A DNA stretch of 64,000 nt from Octopus bimaculoides (Eukaryota), in assembly GCF_001194135.2 (NCBI RefSeq), contig NC_068996.1, positions 18,114,672 to 18,178,671 of the forward strand, given 5' to 3'. Within the stretch, counting starts at the first letter, position 1. The number at the start of each line of letters is the position of its first letter. Shown one piece after another: positions 63,391 to 64,000 of the stretch. The translations under genes were made by a program, and so were the position numbers. The notes below the pieces were generated by a model that worked only from the letters and a program-made list of their open reading frames with translations, searched no databases and was not told where the DNA came from.

Positions 63391-64000
63391 TTCCGGACTG
63401 TTGCCATAGTAATGAAGCTAAATCATGCAGAGTGAAGCCGTTTGGAACAACTTGACCCTGAACTCTTCTGTGCATGTGCACTAAGTTTTAATGTTCTAGC
63501 TCACTTTTGCTGTTTACAGCAGTGCTTAGAAGGAAGGTGTGTAGCATGTGATCATTGTGTTGCTCATAACAGAGAAAGTTCAGCAGAGAATCTACACCAA
63601 ATTTTGCCAAAGATTGGTAATATTTGCTCAGAGGCCTACGCAAAATTTTCAAAAAGTTTTCATTGTTCTCAATACAGTCAAAGAAATCTTGTGCAACTGA
63701 AACTTAAGTGCTTTTTTGTTCAGCCGAAAGCAGTTTTGGCACAAACCTGGCAGACAATGTCTCAGATCCAAATTTTCAGTGATAGTGAACTGAACTATAA
63801 CTAAACTGCACATCCTCTGATAACTCACGGATGGTGATTCAAAAATTTCCCCTTACATCTGCGATGTTTTACTTAGTTCTGCTGTCTCAGAACATTCATC
63901 CCTGGACGTCCATCTTAGAAACATTTGAACCACTCATACACTCATCTCCATACGCTTTCTGCAACCTTGTGTAGACCTCTCAGCAGGTATCGCCATGACA
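63391..64000. mobile_element. mariner-derived element: + strand 5' part joined to a - strand copy of the transposase N-half
   Basis: + strand: EKVQQRIYTKFCQ. - strand: GDTC*EVYTRLQKAYGDECMS...TIRELSEDV...SARFVPKLL. Confidence 0.8.

Noticed and set aside
63442-63804. 120-aa Cys-rich ORF
   Set aside because: Chimeric reading of the mariner-derived element.

Overview
AT-rich, intron-rich animal genomic DNA. The SINE, MITE and microsatellite repertoire points to a cephalopod, probably Octopus (inference). There are two assembly gaps (19974-20359, 46339-46810). The window holds the middle and 3' part of one + strand gene, the SWR1-family chromatin-remodelling ATPase domino (SRCAP/EP400 orthologue). 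I traced 21 shared coding exons (447-25883) with GT-AG boundaries and consistent phases, encoding the split SNF2 ATPase. The gene then forks at a weak internal donor at 26235/26236. Read-through gives an 881-codon terminal exon (stop 28744-28746) with a basic, repeat-rich tail, resembling SRCAP/DOM-B. Splicing at the donor joins a 36-nt microexon (35588-35623) and further exons encoding the EP400/DOM-A-type WxPPTPP motif, SANT domain and poly-Q; this form continues past the window. So one mollusc gene appears to encode both SRCAP-like and EP400-like remodellers, as in Drosophila. Introns carry RTE LINEs (one with a PHD-like finger inside the RT), R4/Dong-like restriction-endonuclease LINE remnants in (TAA)n tracts, hAT, DD36E Tc1-like and mariner remnants, TTAA-flanked MITEs, several SINE families and an unexplained 120-nt foldback rich in A:C mismatches. 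No rRNA, tRNA or CRISPR features were found. Repeat boundaries are approximate; exon boundaries were counted by hand.
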